Origin: Schmidtea polychroa | Taxonomy: Eukaryota | Direction: 5' to 3' | Assembly: GCA_044892525.1 (NCBI GenBank) | Contig: CM097886.1 | Span: 186,732,312-186,796,311, forward strand | DNA: 64,000 nt | Shown: positions 41,201-51,940 of the stretch, one piece after another | How positions within the stretch are numbered: position 1 is the stretch's first letter | How the letters are laid out: every line of letters begins with the position of its first letter | The notes under the pieces: model-generated | The model's input: the letters and a program-made list of their open reading frames with translations, nothing else | Told to the model about the DNA's origin: nothing | Databases searched by the model: none | Translations under genes and position numbers: made by a program

Positions 41201-42345
41201 TCCGGTATCAGCAGTGTCCCCATTGGCCCGTGTCGACAGCACCGCTACCAATGCCAATGTGGCGCGCTCGGCATCAACTCATCAATTGACTCCACCAATG
41301 CCCGTGCCGATGCCAGCTCCTGGCTCACACCGCCGCTCCAGCGCGCCTCGAGCCCAATCCCCTCTCAGTGCTCCTGGCGGCCCCCCATGTGATGGGGCTG
41401 GCCAGCAACAAGCACCAGCTATTCTCATCCACAGGAGGTCGCGCAATTTCGGATTTGTCATTCGGGCTATCCGAGTATTCTATGGTGAGAGTGATGTGTA
41501 CACGCTGCACCACTTGATTGTTGGGGTTGATCCCGAGGGCAGCGCTTTCCAGGCCGGGCTGAGAGAAGGAGATCTGATCACTCATATCAACGGTGTATCG
41601 ATTGTTGGTGCCTACCACACGGAGGTGGTCTCGATGATTATTCAGGTGGATTATTATTGATTATATATTTATTGATTATATATTTATTGATTTGTTATTA
41701 TTGATTATATATTTATTGATTTATTATTGATTAACTTTTAATTCTGGCAATTTCAGTCGGGTGCCAGCATCAGCTTGCGTGTCATTCCAATAAACAAGAG
41801 TTTCATCCGGACGGATGGGCCGTGGCGTCCTGCTGGCAAGATGGCTACCAAACACCATCCGAGGAAAGCGCAACATTTGCGCGCGGGAAAGAAATGTTGC
41901 ACGGGCCACCAGAAACCCATGAAGGCTCCACCGGTTCCTCCGCATGGCCAACAGCCAGTGAAACAGCATTTATCAGCTGCTAGTGGGACATATTACGGAT
42001 ACAGCTCCCAGCCAGGCGCCGCCCCGCAAATCATCCGCAGGTAACCATAGCAATGCTTAATGCTGAATGCTGAATGATAATTGCAGGTCGACAGAGAAAC
42101 CGTTGATCCGGCAGTTGAGTGAGAAACAGCACCGAATGCAACAGTCCAACAATCAGCCGGGTGCCCGGCAGCCCCCACATTCTGGCGGCACTGACAGCGG
42201 CAGCAGCAGCAACCCCGTCACCAGGACTCGCAACCAGCACCAGCATAGCAACAGCAATTCCTTATCATCAGCATCACCAGTTGCAGCCAGTTGCCATCAG
42301 CAACCGCCACCGCCACCCCCGCCCGGTGGTACCGCCAGGAGATGA
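21836..42345 (+). CDS. MAST: Microtubule-associated serine/threonine kinase (MAST family; DUF1908 + AGC kinase + PDZ), about 1446 aa. Exons 21836-21853, 22423-22753, 24582-24661, 28663-28846, 30414-30468, 32732-32816, 34867-35198, 36636-36714, 36764-36970, 37025-37244, 37304-37514, 38662-39197, 40186-41645, 41757-42040, 42087-42345
   Basis: Every junction is GT-AG with matching phase and the total length is divisible by 3. MAST hallmarks: [117 protein letters not shown], and [25 protein letters not shown]...[14 protein letters not shown]. The first micro-exon (MLTISK, AAG|GTAAAT) is the least certain part. Confidence 0.96.
27307..27846 (+). CDS. Probable alternative first coding exon of the MAST gene (180 aa), splicing in phase 0 to the exon at 28663
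   Basis: Open 540-nt frame from the ATG at 27307 to the donor AAG|GTATAT at 27847, which is phase-compatible with the 28663 acceptor. Preceded by a (TC)/(TG)/(GA) and (TCA)n microsatellite-rich region that may be an internal promoter. Confidence 0.65.
28930..29390. repeat. Tandem repeat of about 60 bp (ATTATTATCTATTGATTATTATTTTTTATTGATTATTATTTA...), about 5 good copies plus degenerate ones
   Basis: Visible periodicity at the start of the MAST intron following exon 28663-28846. Confidence 0.9.
29408..29511. repeat. 34-bp tandem repeat x3 (AAATATCAATAATAACAAAATATCAATAGTGAAC)
   Basis: Three consecutive near-perfect copies. Confidence 0.9.
33536..34210. repeat. Tandem minisatellite of about 55 bp, about 12 copies (AATATTATTGATTTATTGATATTATATGATTCAATACTTGTATTATTGGCTAATC)
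   Basis: Direct inspection; intronic in MAST. Confidence 0.93.
35208..35272. repeat. (ATT)n microsatellite
   Basis: Uninterrupted ATT run just after a MAST donor; similar runs at about 54027-54100 and 60281-60356. Confidence 0.95.
37525..37800. repeat. Tandem repeat of about 115 bp, about 2.5 copies, built on TTGATT
   Basis: TTGATTATTATCATTTGTTATTGATCTTTTATTAATT...ACTAATCAATAATTTCCATATT recurs three times. Confidence 0.85.
38400..38600. repeat. AATCAAT-based tandem repeat (about 35 and 70 bp periods)
   Basis: AAGAAATCAATAATATCATCACAAATCGATAAATATAAGAAATCAATAATATTG recurs. Confidence 0.85.
39238..39380. repeat. 22-bp tandem repeat (GATTGGGTGGATATTGATTATT), about 6-7 copies
   Basis: Explains the repetitive [13 protein letters not shown] tail of the 38708 ORF, which is intron read-through. 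Confidence 0.92.
39387..39515. mobile_element. hAT (Buster-type) MITE, 129 bp, related to the 9340 element but in the opposite orientation
   Basis: TIRs CAGTGGTACTCAAACT and CAGAGATACGCAAACT (reverse complement). Exact TSD GGTTAGGG at 39379-39386 and 39516-39523. GCCGCGGCACA subterminal motif. Confidence 0.9.
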
Positions 42346-43510
42346 GTTATCGCTGATCCTGTTGTTGTTGTAATATATATATATATATATATATTTATCT
42401 ATATATGTGATGTCGTTGCTATGGAGATTTATCCCTATTTTCATTACATACATACACACACACAGATATATTGATTGATTTGATTCGTTTTAGTCTTTCA
42501 GTTGCGCCCATTTTATTGATTGATTGATTTTACAGTTGATTCTCGCTCCGAGTGGTTATTGATTATTATTATTATTGATTATCAATATTATTGACTTTCT
42601 GTTTGTTTTCTGTCCCATTGATATGTGATCCTGCCATAGATATTATTATCATTATTGTGGTTGCTAGCTAATCACCATTAGCAACGGTGGCAGATAATTG
42701 CTGTGTACAAATGCCACATTTGCCTGTATATAAATATATCAAATTCATATAGGTTATCGCGTACCGACGCAATATTCCCCGGAATTCAGCCCGAATCACC
42801 ATGCCAACATGCGATGTAAATAACGCCAATTTTGTCTGTGTCTAATATAAATTATTATTTTTATTATAATTATTCGATTGTTGTGAAATATATCGATCAG
42901 CAGAGCTTTTTATTTCCTTTTATTGATGTTTTGTCCCTTGGAACGGGGCACGCTTGGAGCACTGGTAAGCAAATATCGCACATAATAACTGAGCCCTCTA
43001 AACATTCGGGAAAGATGGAACATTTTCAATGCCAAATCGAGATTTAAATTGTGGATTACAAAATGTAAGTTGCCAATAAGCAGATTGTTATGTGATGGAT
43101 TTGCTGATGAAAAGGAAAAGTGATGGATTCGAATCAGAAATGAAAAGAAAACCAGCAAATATTCACATTTGCTTCATAGTTATATTTAATAGAGATATGA
43201 ATCAAATAGCTGATATAAGAATTTCTAACTTTGTCTTCCTTTTGGAAAATGTAGGTAATCGGTTAATTTAAAATAATTGTGAGATCCTTAAAAATGAAGT
43301 TAAATAAAATGTGAAAATTGATTTAAAGTAAAATATTTTAATGAAATCTGTTAAGAATGAAATGATGAGTCGGTTGCATAATTGAACAGTTTCTTTCGAA
43401 TCCTGAGTTTTGGTTAATTAGCCAATTTGACGCATTTACAATGCAAAGATAACTTCAAACCACCGATTAAACATTTTTAACTGTTAGTGTGTGTTGTGGG
43501 GTCCCTAGAG

Positions 43511-44400
43511 CAGGGGTCGCCAACCTATGAAGATATTTGACTGGCCCGTGACCGCATGTTAAATAACGATAATAAATTTAATAAACAAAAATTGATTTAA
43601 TATTCATAAAACTCAATATTTAAATTTAAAATTAACTCGTGAAAGATCAGGAAAGTTGATGGCGAGTGTTGAATTTATCAAGATACGGACGTTAGATTAT
43701 ATTTTTATCGAGCAAAATGGAAATCCAACATGTCTCATTTGCCTTGAAAAGGTTGCTGTGAATAAAGTGGAAAATAGCAGGCGCCATTACATGACCCGCC
43801 ATATTGAACAGTTTGAGAAAATTAGTGGCGAAACAAAGAGATAAATTTTAGCAGCTTAAATCTAATTTTGAAATGCAGCCAACATTTTTTACGAAGAGAA
43901 CTGAATGTTAAACTAATATCCGTACAAGCTATGAAGTATCAAGAGTTATTGCTGAAAAGATGGAACCGTTTACGGATGGTGAATTTGTTAAACAATGTTT
44001 AATGACAGGGGATGATATTGTTTGTGCTGAAAAAGTCTTTATTTCCTTCCATAAGTCTATCTGGTAGGACTGTCACAAGACGCATTGAAGAGATGTTATC
44101 AGATATTAAAATTTCTTTAATAAACCCCTGCAACGAATTGCATAATTTTCCAATTGCAGTTGATGAGTACAGACTTAAATGACACTGCTCAGCTTGCAGT
44201 ATTCGTGCGGGGAGCGACTTCGAGTTTCCATGTTTTTGAAGAGTTTATTAAGTTAATTCATTTGAAGGACACAGTTACTGGAGCAGGCAGCTTTGAAGAA
44301 GTGATTAATGTGATATCCAAAATGAACTTTCATATTTTCATCGCTGTAAATCTATCGAATTCCTTTATTCGAAGCGCAGAATTTTTATTTCAGTGCTAAT
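43511..44400 (+). pseudogene. Truncated hAT Buster/SPIN-like (GTF2IRD2/EPM2AIP1-related) transposon with a disrupted transposase
   Basis: Left TIR CAGGGGTCGCCAACCT follows CCCTAGAG. Fragments: DYIFIEQNGNPTCLIC...RRHYMTRH (BED finger), SYEVSRVIAEKMEPFTDGEFVKQCL, LSGRTVTRRIEEM, and (D)ESTDLNDTAQLAVFVRG...FEEFIKL. Stops and frameshifts; no right TIR found. Confidence 0.88.
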
Positions 44401-45199
44401 TTTCATTTATTAGTATTATGCTAGTTATTATATGATTTTTATAAATAATGTAATTAAATGTTTCACCCATAATCAGGCCCGCCGACTGGAGGCAGAGGGT
44501 CCAAATGCCCAGGGGCCCCTGTAATGTACAGTTATTTTTGTTAATATTTTAGTGTTCACAATTAGGAATTGTGAATACTAAAATATAAAATGCCCCCATC
44601 TGGGAAATCCAGACTTTCAAAAAAAAAACTATATAGCGATAATTTACTATAGTAAAATGAAAAATTGAAAAAAAAATCGATAGAAATTTAAGCAAATATA
44701 TCCTCAACTTAAAGATATACTAAGCAAAAGAAAACAGTATCAGAGAAATTGTTATCCTAAAAAGATAAAGGACTGAAATATTCCAAAGAAAACAAATTAT
44801 TCAGGTTATAGCTTCAAACATACGAATATACGATCCTGAAGCGGAATTTCTCTACTTACAAATATAATCTAAAAGAGTAACCGAGAACAACCGAGCTAAT
44901 CACTAGTGAAATAACTAAGCTAACGTACACCAAACGACCCAGTAAATCAATTGTACAAGTCATTACGACCATAAGGAAGAAATTAAATAGAAAACTGTAC
45001 AAAGAAAAATTAAAATATCCAAGAAATCAAAACAACAAAGCAAGGAAAGTTTATAGTTCATCTATCGTATAAACTCAGGTCATTCAATTTATATTTTAAA
45101 TAAAGTGTTGGTTCATTATACATTATTGTTCGTTGCTATTTTTATTTTATTTGTATTTACAATATCGTTAAATATAGCACGCACCCCGATTGTCCCGCC

Positions 45200-45700
45200 A
45201 CAAGTTTTAACGGTGACTCTTTCGGGCTCTTCAAATTTCCATTAAATAACAGCCTCATATCACGCACAAAATATAATAATTCAAAACAATAATATAACAG
45301 CCCCCATTCGATTTGTTATGTATTTAAATGTAATATTATCTCCAAGTATGGTTGGTGTGTACAGTATTGAATGCCATTCTTGGTATTCTTGCCAGCTAGG
45401 TATGAATTCTGTAATTAATAACATTGTATTTATCTGTGCTTTTTATTACCGGGCAATGATCAGTATTGAAGGATATTTATTCTGGAAGGAAACAGCTTAT
45501 CATCGCTATACTGAAGGTAGGCCATGCCTCGCAATTGATCGTTGCAGAAATATCTCTATTCCTAGTAACCCAAACCAATTTAGGTTATTTACATTCAGCA
45601 GCTCTAACACTCAAAAATCTGAGTATATTTCCGGTATTCTACAGCTGACGGACATTGAATGGTTGGACATTTAGCTCGAACATCTGAACAAATTTGATCA
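45200..45700 (-). mobile_element. Possible decayed LINE AP-endonuclease/linker remnant
   Basis: Minus-strand WVTRNRDISATINCEAW and SFNTDHCPVI resemble PTRVT..SAT.ID.I and SDH.P; many stops. Confidence 0.35.
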
Positions 45701-46576
45701 GATATGTATTCTCTCCTCCATCATTTTCGTGTTATGATGCAAACTTTTGGGCGATATTTCTAGGAATTTATTATCCTGCAGCAAGATTGTGATCGATGTT
45801 ATGGAATTATTAATTCAATGTTTTTATATCTTCTTAATGTGATATTTTATAAATGTTTACCATAAATTCCTTGTTATGATTTAATAGAATATTCTCGAGA
45901 ATGGATAACAAATTAAGTACATTTTTTCTTGTTACATTAGAAATGACCGATTTTAGGATGATTGATCAATAATAACTTCAGAAAATTGTCAAGCATATTT
46001 TTGGAAATAAATAAAAATTATAAATTGGTTATTATTAATGAGTGATCACAGTTTGATGATAATTAAGAACGTATTAAAATACTAATGAATATATGAATGA
46101 ATCGTAACCTATTTTGACAGGGCATAAAGGCAGAGCCGGCGCTACCATTAAGGCGAACTAGGTGGTCGCCTAGGGCGCTATTCAGAGAGGGGCGACAAAA
46201 TGTGTAATCGCCTTTATTAAAAAATAACTAATAATTAATAACTTTGATTAGATTATATAAACTATAGGTATATTACTTTTTGATGTTATTGTTTGTGTAT
46301 CATCATTTCTATCGCACACAACGAAATAGAAACAGTCGCAGTAAACACACAGAAGTTATAGTCTACTGATAATTACAGTTTTACTGATAAGTGTAATTTT
46401 GTGCATTATTAGAAAAATAATTGAGTCAATGAAGTTACGTGCAGTAAATTTTATTTTGTTATCGTTCAAACGACTAAACATTAAACACTTCTTTGCTAGA
46501 AAGTTTGATAGCAAATATTACTTTGTTGTATTAAAATAATTAAATATTATTTATAGTGATACATTAGTACTTTTAA

Positions 46577-47311
46577 ATGTCATCAAAAAAGCCATCGGGA
46601 TTTCAAAATCGTAAGTATAAAACTCTCAGAGCTCAAGAGCATGAGAAGGAAAGTGGTCGATTGTTAAAGTTTTTCAAATCAAGTCTTGATGTTTCGTCCA
46701 CCAGCGACTTGGATAGATGTGTAGGACAATCTGATGTACAAAAAAATATGTTAGATCACGCGGATGAAGGTATTTCAAAAAAAGAAGAAAATAAAAGAGA
46801 AGAAGATGTTTCAGAGTTTGATATTATGATTGAAAGCGAATGCTCACATGAAATTAAATCCAGTACCAGTGCCACGATTAATTATGAAGATTACAATAAC
46901 CCAGGAAACTGGTCTGACTATTGTAATGATAATTTTCGTCAGATTTTATTACAAAATCCACAACATCAAATTATTATACATAATTTTCCCAAAGGTTCCA
47001 AAAATCGAAAATTTTCTCCAATTCACTAAAAGAGCAAACTAGCCAATGGTGAAGAAGTATACCGTTCATGGTTGATATATTCAACTATAAAAGATGCAGT
47101 TATTTGTTTTTGCTGCAAGTTATTTAACAAAAACAGCTCATCAATCCTAGAAAATTCAGGATCAAAAGACTGGGAAAATATTGGAGCAATTCTATCTTCA
47201 CATGAAAGAAATAGTTTCCAATTAAACAACTTTCAGGCGTGGAAAGAACTTAATGTGCGTATACCCAAAGAAAAAACCAGCAGAATATCAAAGAAGAAGA
47301 ACAATATTGGC
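46577..47311 (+). pseudogene. N-terminal third of a hAT transposase with a TTF-type zinc finger
   Basis: MSSKKPSGFQNRK...NPGNWSD...[46 protein letters not shown]...GSKDWENIGAILSSHE. One in-frame TAA (47027) and a frameshift before IKEEEQYW; runs into the N gap. Confidence 0.88.
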
Positions 47312-47523
47312 NNNNNNNNNNNNNNNNNNNNNNNNNNNNNNNNNNNNNNNNNNNNNNNNNNNNNNNNNNNNNNNNNNNNNNNNNNNNNNNNNNNNNNNNN
47401 NNNNNNNNNNNNNNNNNNNNNNNNNNNNNNNNNNNNNNNNNNNNNNNNNNNNNNNNNNNNNNNNNNNNNNNNNNNNNNNNNNNNNNNNNNNNNNNNNNNN
47501 NNNNNNNNNNNNNNNNNNNNNNN
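47312..47523. other. Assembly gap (212 N)
   Basis: Run of N. Confidence 1.
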
Positions 47524-48619
47524 ATAATAATAATAATAATACTAAACAATGGTTAATCACAGTAATAATACTTATGTTCGTAACAATGATGAATAATATT
47601 AAAAATAATAATAATAACAATCATGATATAATAATAGTGATAACAATAATAACAATAATAACTGCCCATTTTAATAATAAAAATAAAACCAGTAACTTTT
47701 TCATTTAAAAGAGTAAATCTTAATATTTAACTTAAATAAATAATTTCTAGTAACATGCACCTTACACCTCTTCGGGCAACCGACTTTATTTATCAGAAAG
47801 GACCCGCCTGCCTCAATATTCGATACTTCCAAGTGATAAAGATAAAGAGTAAATGTAAAAATATATACATAAACAATAAATGAACAAAATCAATACATAA
47901 ATGTCAAGAATCATGATTGTCATAATAAAAATATATACATTGTCAATTAGATGTATAGTTAATAAAATCAGAAGGGATAATGATATTGTTTTTGGACTGT
48001 ATTGGATTGAATTGAATAACATAAGGAAGGATTGAATGTTCGATTGTTCACAAATATTATTTTATTGGGTTGATTCGAGTTGGTTGTGTTATTAGGTTAT
48101 CTGGGTCTACCTCTCTACTCGGCACATATATTGACCCTATATCTCCTGGGTCCTGTTTTATAATATTTATTGAGGTTAAATGTGGTGATGGGCCTACCCT
48201 CATCATCCAACACCTATGTTGCAAACTCAATACACCAATCCAAATACAGACCCTACGAGATATGATAAGCAAACAGCCCAAACAATATTCAAACAATTGA
48301 TCCATACAATCCAACCTATCCAACCACTTCTCCCAACCTCTACTGCCTCATCATATCGTCATTATCTTGGAAATCTCCAAGCGGAAACACATACTGAATG
48401 GAAGCTCCCAATGATCCAAAATCAAATCACAAATCCAAATACAAACCACCCTAGATATGAATGACAAACAATCTAATTCTTACTCAAACAAATCATCCAA
48501 TCAATCAAACCAATCCAACCAAATAGCCATATTGCCTTATGTGTCCTTTCATATTACAGCAACGTTTTATCTGTTTATTGTCTTTGAGTAATTTGCTAAT
48601 ATCTACATAACTCTCAACC

Positions 48620-49180
48620 TCTACCTCTCAACCACCACCACTACAACCTTTCTACCATAACCTTTCAACCACAACCTTTCAACCACTACCATTCAACCAC
48701 TACCTTTCAACCACTGCCTTTCAACCACTGCCTTTCAACCACTGCCTTTCAACCACTGCCTTTCAACCACTGCCTTTCAACCACTGCCTTTCAACCACTG
48801 ACTTTCAAACCACTAACACTCAAACCACTAACACTCAAACCACTAACACTTAACCCTACCTTGCAACCACTACCTTTCAACCCCTACCTTGCAACCACTA
48901 CCTTTCAACCACTACCTTTCAACCACTACCTTTCAACCACTACCTTTCAACCACTACCTTTCAAACCACTAACATTCAAACCACTAACATTTAACCCCTT
49001 CCTTGCAACCACCCAAAAACTTACTTTTTAACCACCAACCTCTACCTCTCAACCACTACCTCTCAATCCCAATCTCTATCTCTCAACCTATGCCTTTCAA
49101 CCACTACCACTACCTTTCAACCACTACCTCTCAACAACCACCTCCCAACTACCACCTCTCAACTACCACCCCTACCAAAG
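48620..49180. repeat. 14-bp tandem repeat (CCTTTCAACCACTA/G) with degenerate flanks
   Basis: Direct inspection; strongly C/A-skewed. Confidence 0.92.
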
Positions 49181-49329
49181 CTCACCAATAATATCTTATA
49201 TATAGTATACATTTATTATACATCCTTTAATGCATATCCAATATTCCTATTACATCCAAAGTAGCGTTTGTATCTGGAAGCTCTCAAAACTCAATCAATC
49301 AAAACCTCTTAAATCACACGTTTAACGCT

Positions 49330-49424
49330 TGACCCTGGCACAGCGTTCGCAGGAATCTACTCAAAAACTTCAGATACCAGAAGGGTCGAGAATCTCTCCC
49401 CTAACGCCCGACGGGCCTTACTAT
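49330..49424 (+). mobile_element. Helitron-like 3' terminus (GC hairpin plus CTAT, cf. CTRR)
   Basis: GCCCG-A-CGGGC hairpin at 49406-49416, followed by CTTACTAT and then a T, exactly where hAT transposase sequence resumes. The terminal tetranucleotide deviates from CTAG. Confidence 0.45.
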
Positions 49425-50510
49425 TAATTTTTTTTAAGGAATTAGTCGAACCTTTTGTGAGGAAGAAGGCAAGAAAAATTAAATTTTTATTGATAATAAA
49501 TTAATATGTCACTTTCAATTTATTGTTTTCTTATTTATATTTATTTTTTTATTAATTTGAGTGAAAGAAGGCGTTTTAATAAATTTTGCCTAGGGCGATA
49601 ATTAAGCTGGCGCCGGCCCTGCATAAAGGTTAGAACTAAGAAAAGCAATATATAAAAATTATACGATTTAATGAACAGCAGCATATTATCAAAATTTGAG
49701 GCATTAGAATACTCCTTATAATACTCATAAAATTACACCTGTTTAAATTAGTTCCGTGGGGATCTTTTTATCCGATATTGCTGATGGTTTAGTGTTAATT
49801 AGCATTATCGATAACGACCTTTGCAGTGTGATCACATTAAGTCTGGGTTCCTTCCCCGTTTAATGTCCTAGTGTTGTGTCGTAGTAAATGACTTTGAATG
49901 TACGTTTAGATATCTTATTACTGCATGAAAAATGGTCGCTGAAAGATTTTCAGGATTGTTGGGGATGCCACCAGAATCCATCTCGGCAAGATATATCTGT
50001 TCTGTAATGGACATGATTACAGTGATCACGATTATTATACAAGCAAAAAAAGTTCAAGCATTATTTGATAAGCTCATTATTTTAGATTTTTTTACTATTG
50101 ATTTTATTTTCATTATGAAGTTTTATTCAATTTCTGTCTTATTCTCTATCTGATCTAATGTATAAAATAATAATATTTGCTTGGTGAAATCATAAATTAT
50201 AGCCAAATATTTATCTTTGTAATTTAATAATCTTGCAATATAATTTAATTTGCGATTTGTTTTATCGCTTTTAATGTTTTGTTTGACCTTGTAAATTGGT
50301 TATTATTTAATTGGATTCCAAGATGTAAGAATTGATTATTTCAATAATGATTTTAATTATTAATTTATTATTAATTATTATTATTAATTTATTAATTATT
50401 ATTAATTGTATTTATGTTGAATTTGTTCATTTATATTTTATTTATAATTTATAAATTTGTTTATAGTTAATTCTTATTTATAATTATTTTCATAATTCTT
50501 CAGAAATTTT

Positions 50511-51940
50511 ATGGAGTAAGTATTGGATTTTGATTATTCAAGTGGTCATTTGGTTTGCAGGGATTTCCAAAGTTTCAAGCAGCAGTTGATGGAGGGCAAT
50601 TCAGAAGGAGTATGGAAATATTTGAAGGGCGATTTTGTGAATAAAATTGTTAATAATCAAGTGAAATGAGTTTACACTTTCAATAGTAAATAATAGTAAT
50701 AATCAGGGATGCCAACCTATTCACATCGCTTGCCGGGATGGCTTTGTTGATATTGCTAAAATGTTAATTGATTGCCGCAGTAATATCGAATGTGAGAACA
50801 AATGGGTAAATATCTAATACAAGACAAATGATAAATAAAATGCAGGGAATGAGACCAATTCATTTTGCTTGCAGTAGAGGGCATACAGAAATATTGAAAC
50901 TATTGATTAGATACAACTGTAATGTCGATTGTGAGACGAAATCGGTAAATATTGAATAGAAAACATGAATGATTGATAAATTGCAGCGATGGAGAGCCAT
51001 TCATTATGCAAGTAATAATGGCCATTTGGAAGTATTGAAGTTATTGCTGTACCAGAAATGCCAGATCGACAGCAAAACTAATGTAAGGATAATATTTGAA
51101 TTTCTAACCAATCAAAAAATGAATAAATTTTGTGACGTGTGTCAGTCGGACTGACTTATGAAGGGGTAAGTTATGGCTCGTGGTTCTGGATAACACATTT
51201 CTGGTCTTAGTTGAGCTATTAGATTTTATGTTTCGATTAAAACAAAATTTTATAATATCATATTAATAGAGAAATACTCGTGAAATAGTTATTTGCGTAT
51301 AGAGCGGAGAAACTGCAATTGAATTGGCAATCCGGTGTAACCATGTGTATTGTGTGGAATTATTGATTGGAGTTCAGGAGGTGCTAATATTATTGCACAG
51401 ATTTCTAAATGATTTGAATCGATATTTCAGATATTCGCTGCAATTAATCGGAATGATCCAATCAAATTTGATCATTTATATGAATCTTGCGATTTTATTA
51501 GAGAAAATATTTATGTAACTTTGTGAAAATTTGATTGGTTTGTAATTAATATTTAGTGTGGATTGGCTGTGTTGGATATGGCAATTGAGATCAATGCCGA
51601 TCGGATCGTTAATTGTATCCTTGGTAAAATGGATGATGATAAAGTTTAATTGGTTATCGATTGATATAATTAATATTTTCACCAATAGGAAAGCAAGGAT
51701 AAAAATAGTCTAAAAGTCAGTGGGAAAGATAAAGATGATAAACTAAGAGGAGTAAAGATAATTTATTATCTAATATTGTCAATGTGAACTATTTAGATAT
51801 GTATGATTTGTATAGAAAATTGTGTGGATATTGCATTCCAATGTGGCCATTTGATATGTAACTTTTGCTCTGATCGAGTTACCTCTTGCCATATTTGCAA
51901 GGCGAAAATCACTGATAGAAGAAAAATTTATTTTAATTGA
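50511..51940 (+). CDS. Ankyrin-repeat + C-terminal C3HC4 RING protein (Mind bomb RING-like E3 ligase), 284 aa. Exons 50511-50515, 50561-50660, 50707-50805, 50846-50944, 50987-51082, 51303-51380, 51431-51514, 51557-51643, 51689-51751, 51797-51940
   Basis: Spliced in frame with GT-AG introns of 40-50 nt (one of 220 nt). ANK repeats GCQPIHIACRDGFVDIAKMLI, GMRPIHFACSRGHTEILKLLI, RWRAIHYASNNGHLEVLKLLL, GETAIELAIRCNHVYCVELLI. RING CMICIENCVDIAFQCGHLICNFCSDRVTSCHICKAKITDRRKIYFN*. The start exon and the exon 8/9 donors are less certain. Confidence 0.88.

Larger units (their letters stand above)
46131..49621 (+). mobile_element. hAT (Tip100/ZMYM1-like) transposon, both ends present, interior interrupted by a gap and unrelated sequence
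   Basis: TIRs CAGAGCCGGCGCTA and CAGGGCCGGCGCCA (reverse complement). Exact TSD CATAAAGG at 46123-46130 and 49622-49629. Subterminal GCCTAGGGCG at both ends. The transposase C-terminus ELVEPFVRKKARKIKF lies at about 49430-49505. Confidence 0.92.

Noticed and set aside
40396-42459. Many overlapping or antisense ORFs over the MAST 3' exons
   Set aside because: Expected by-products of GC-rich coding sequence.
47250-47708. ORFs containing long X runs
   Set aside because: Artefacts of the N gap; the same applies to the X-containing tail of ORF 60419-62548.
50704-50718. CAGGGATGCCAACCT resembles a hAT TIR
   Set aside because: It is the acceptor plus the first codons (GCQP) of an ankyrin exon; there is no partner TIR or TSD.
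51624-51716. Earlier donors at 51624 and 51716 in the ANK-RING gene
   Set aside because: 51624 gives an immediate stop in the next exon. The donors at 51644 and 51752 keep the frame and give the 45-nt introns typical of this gene.
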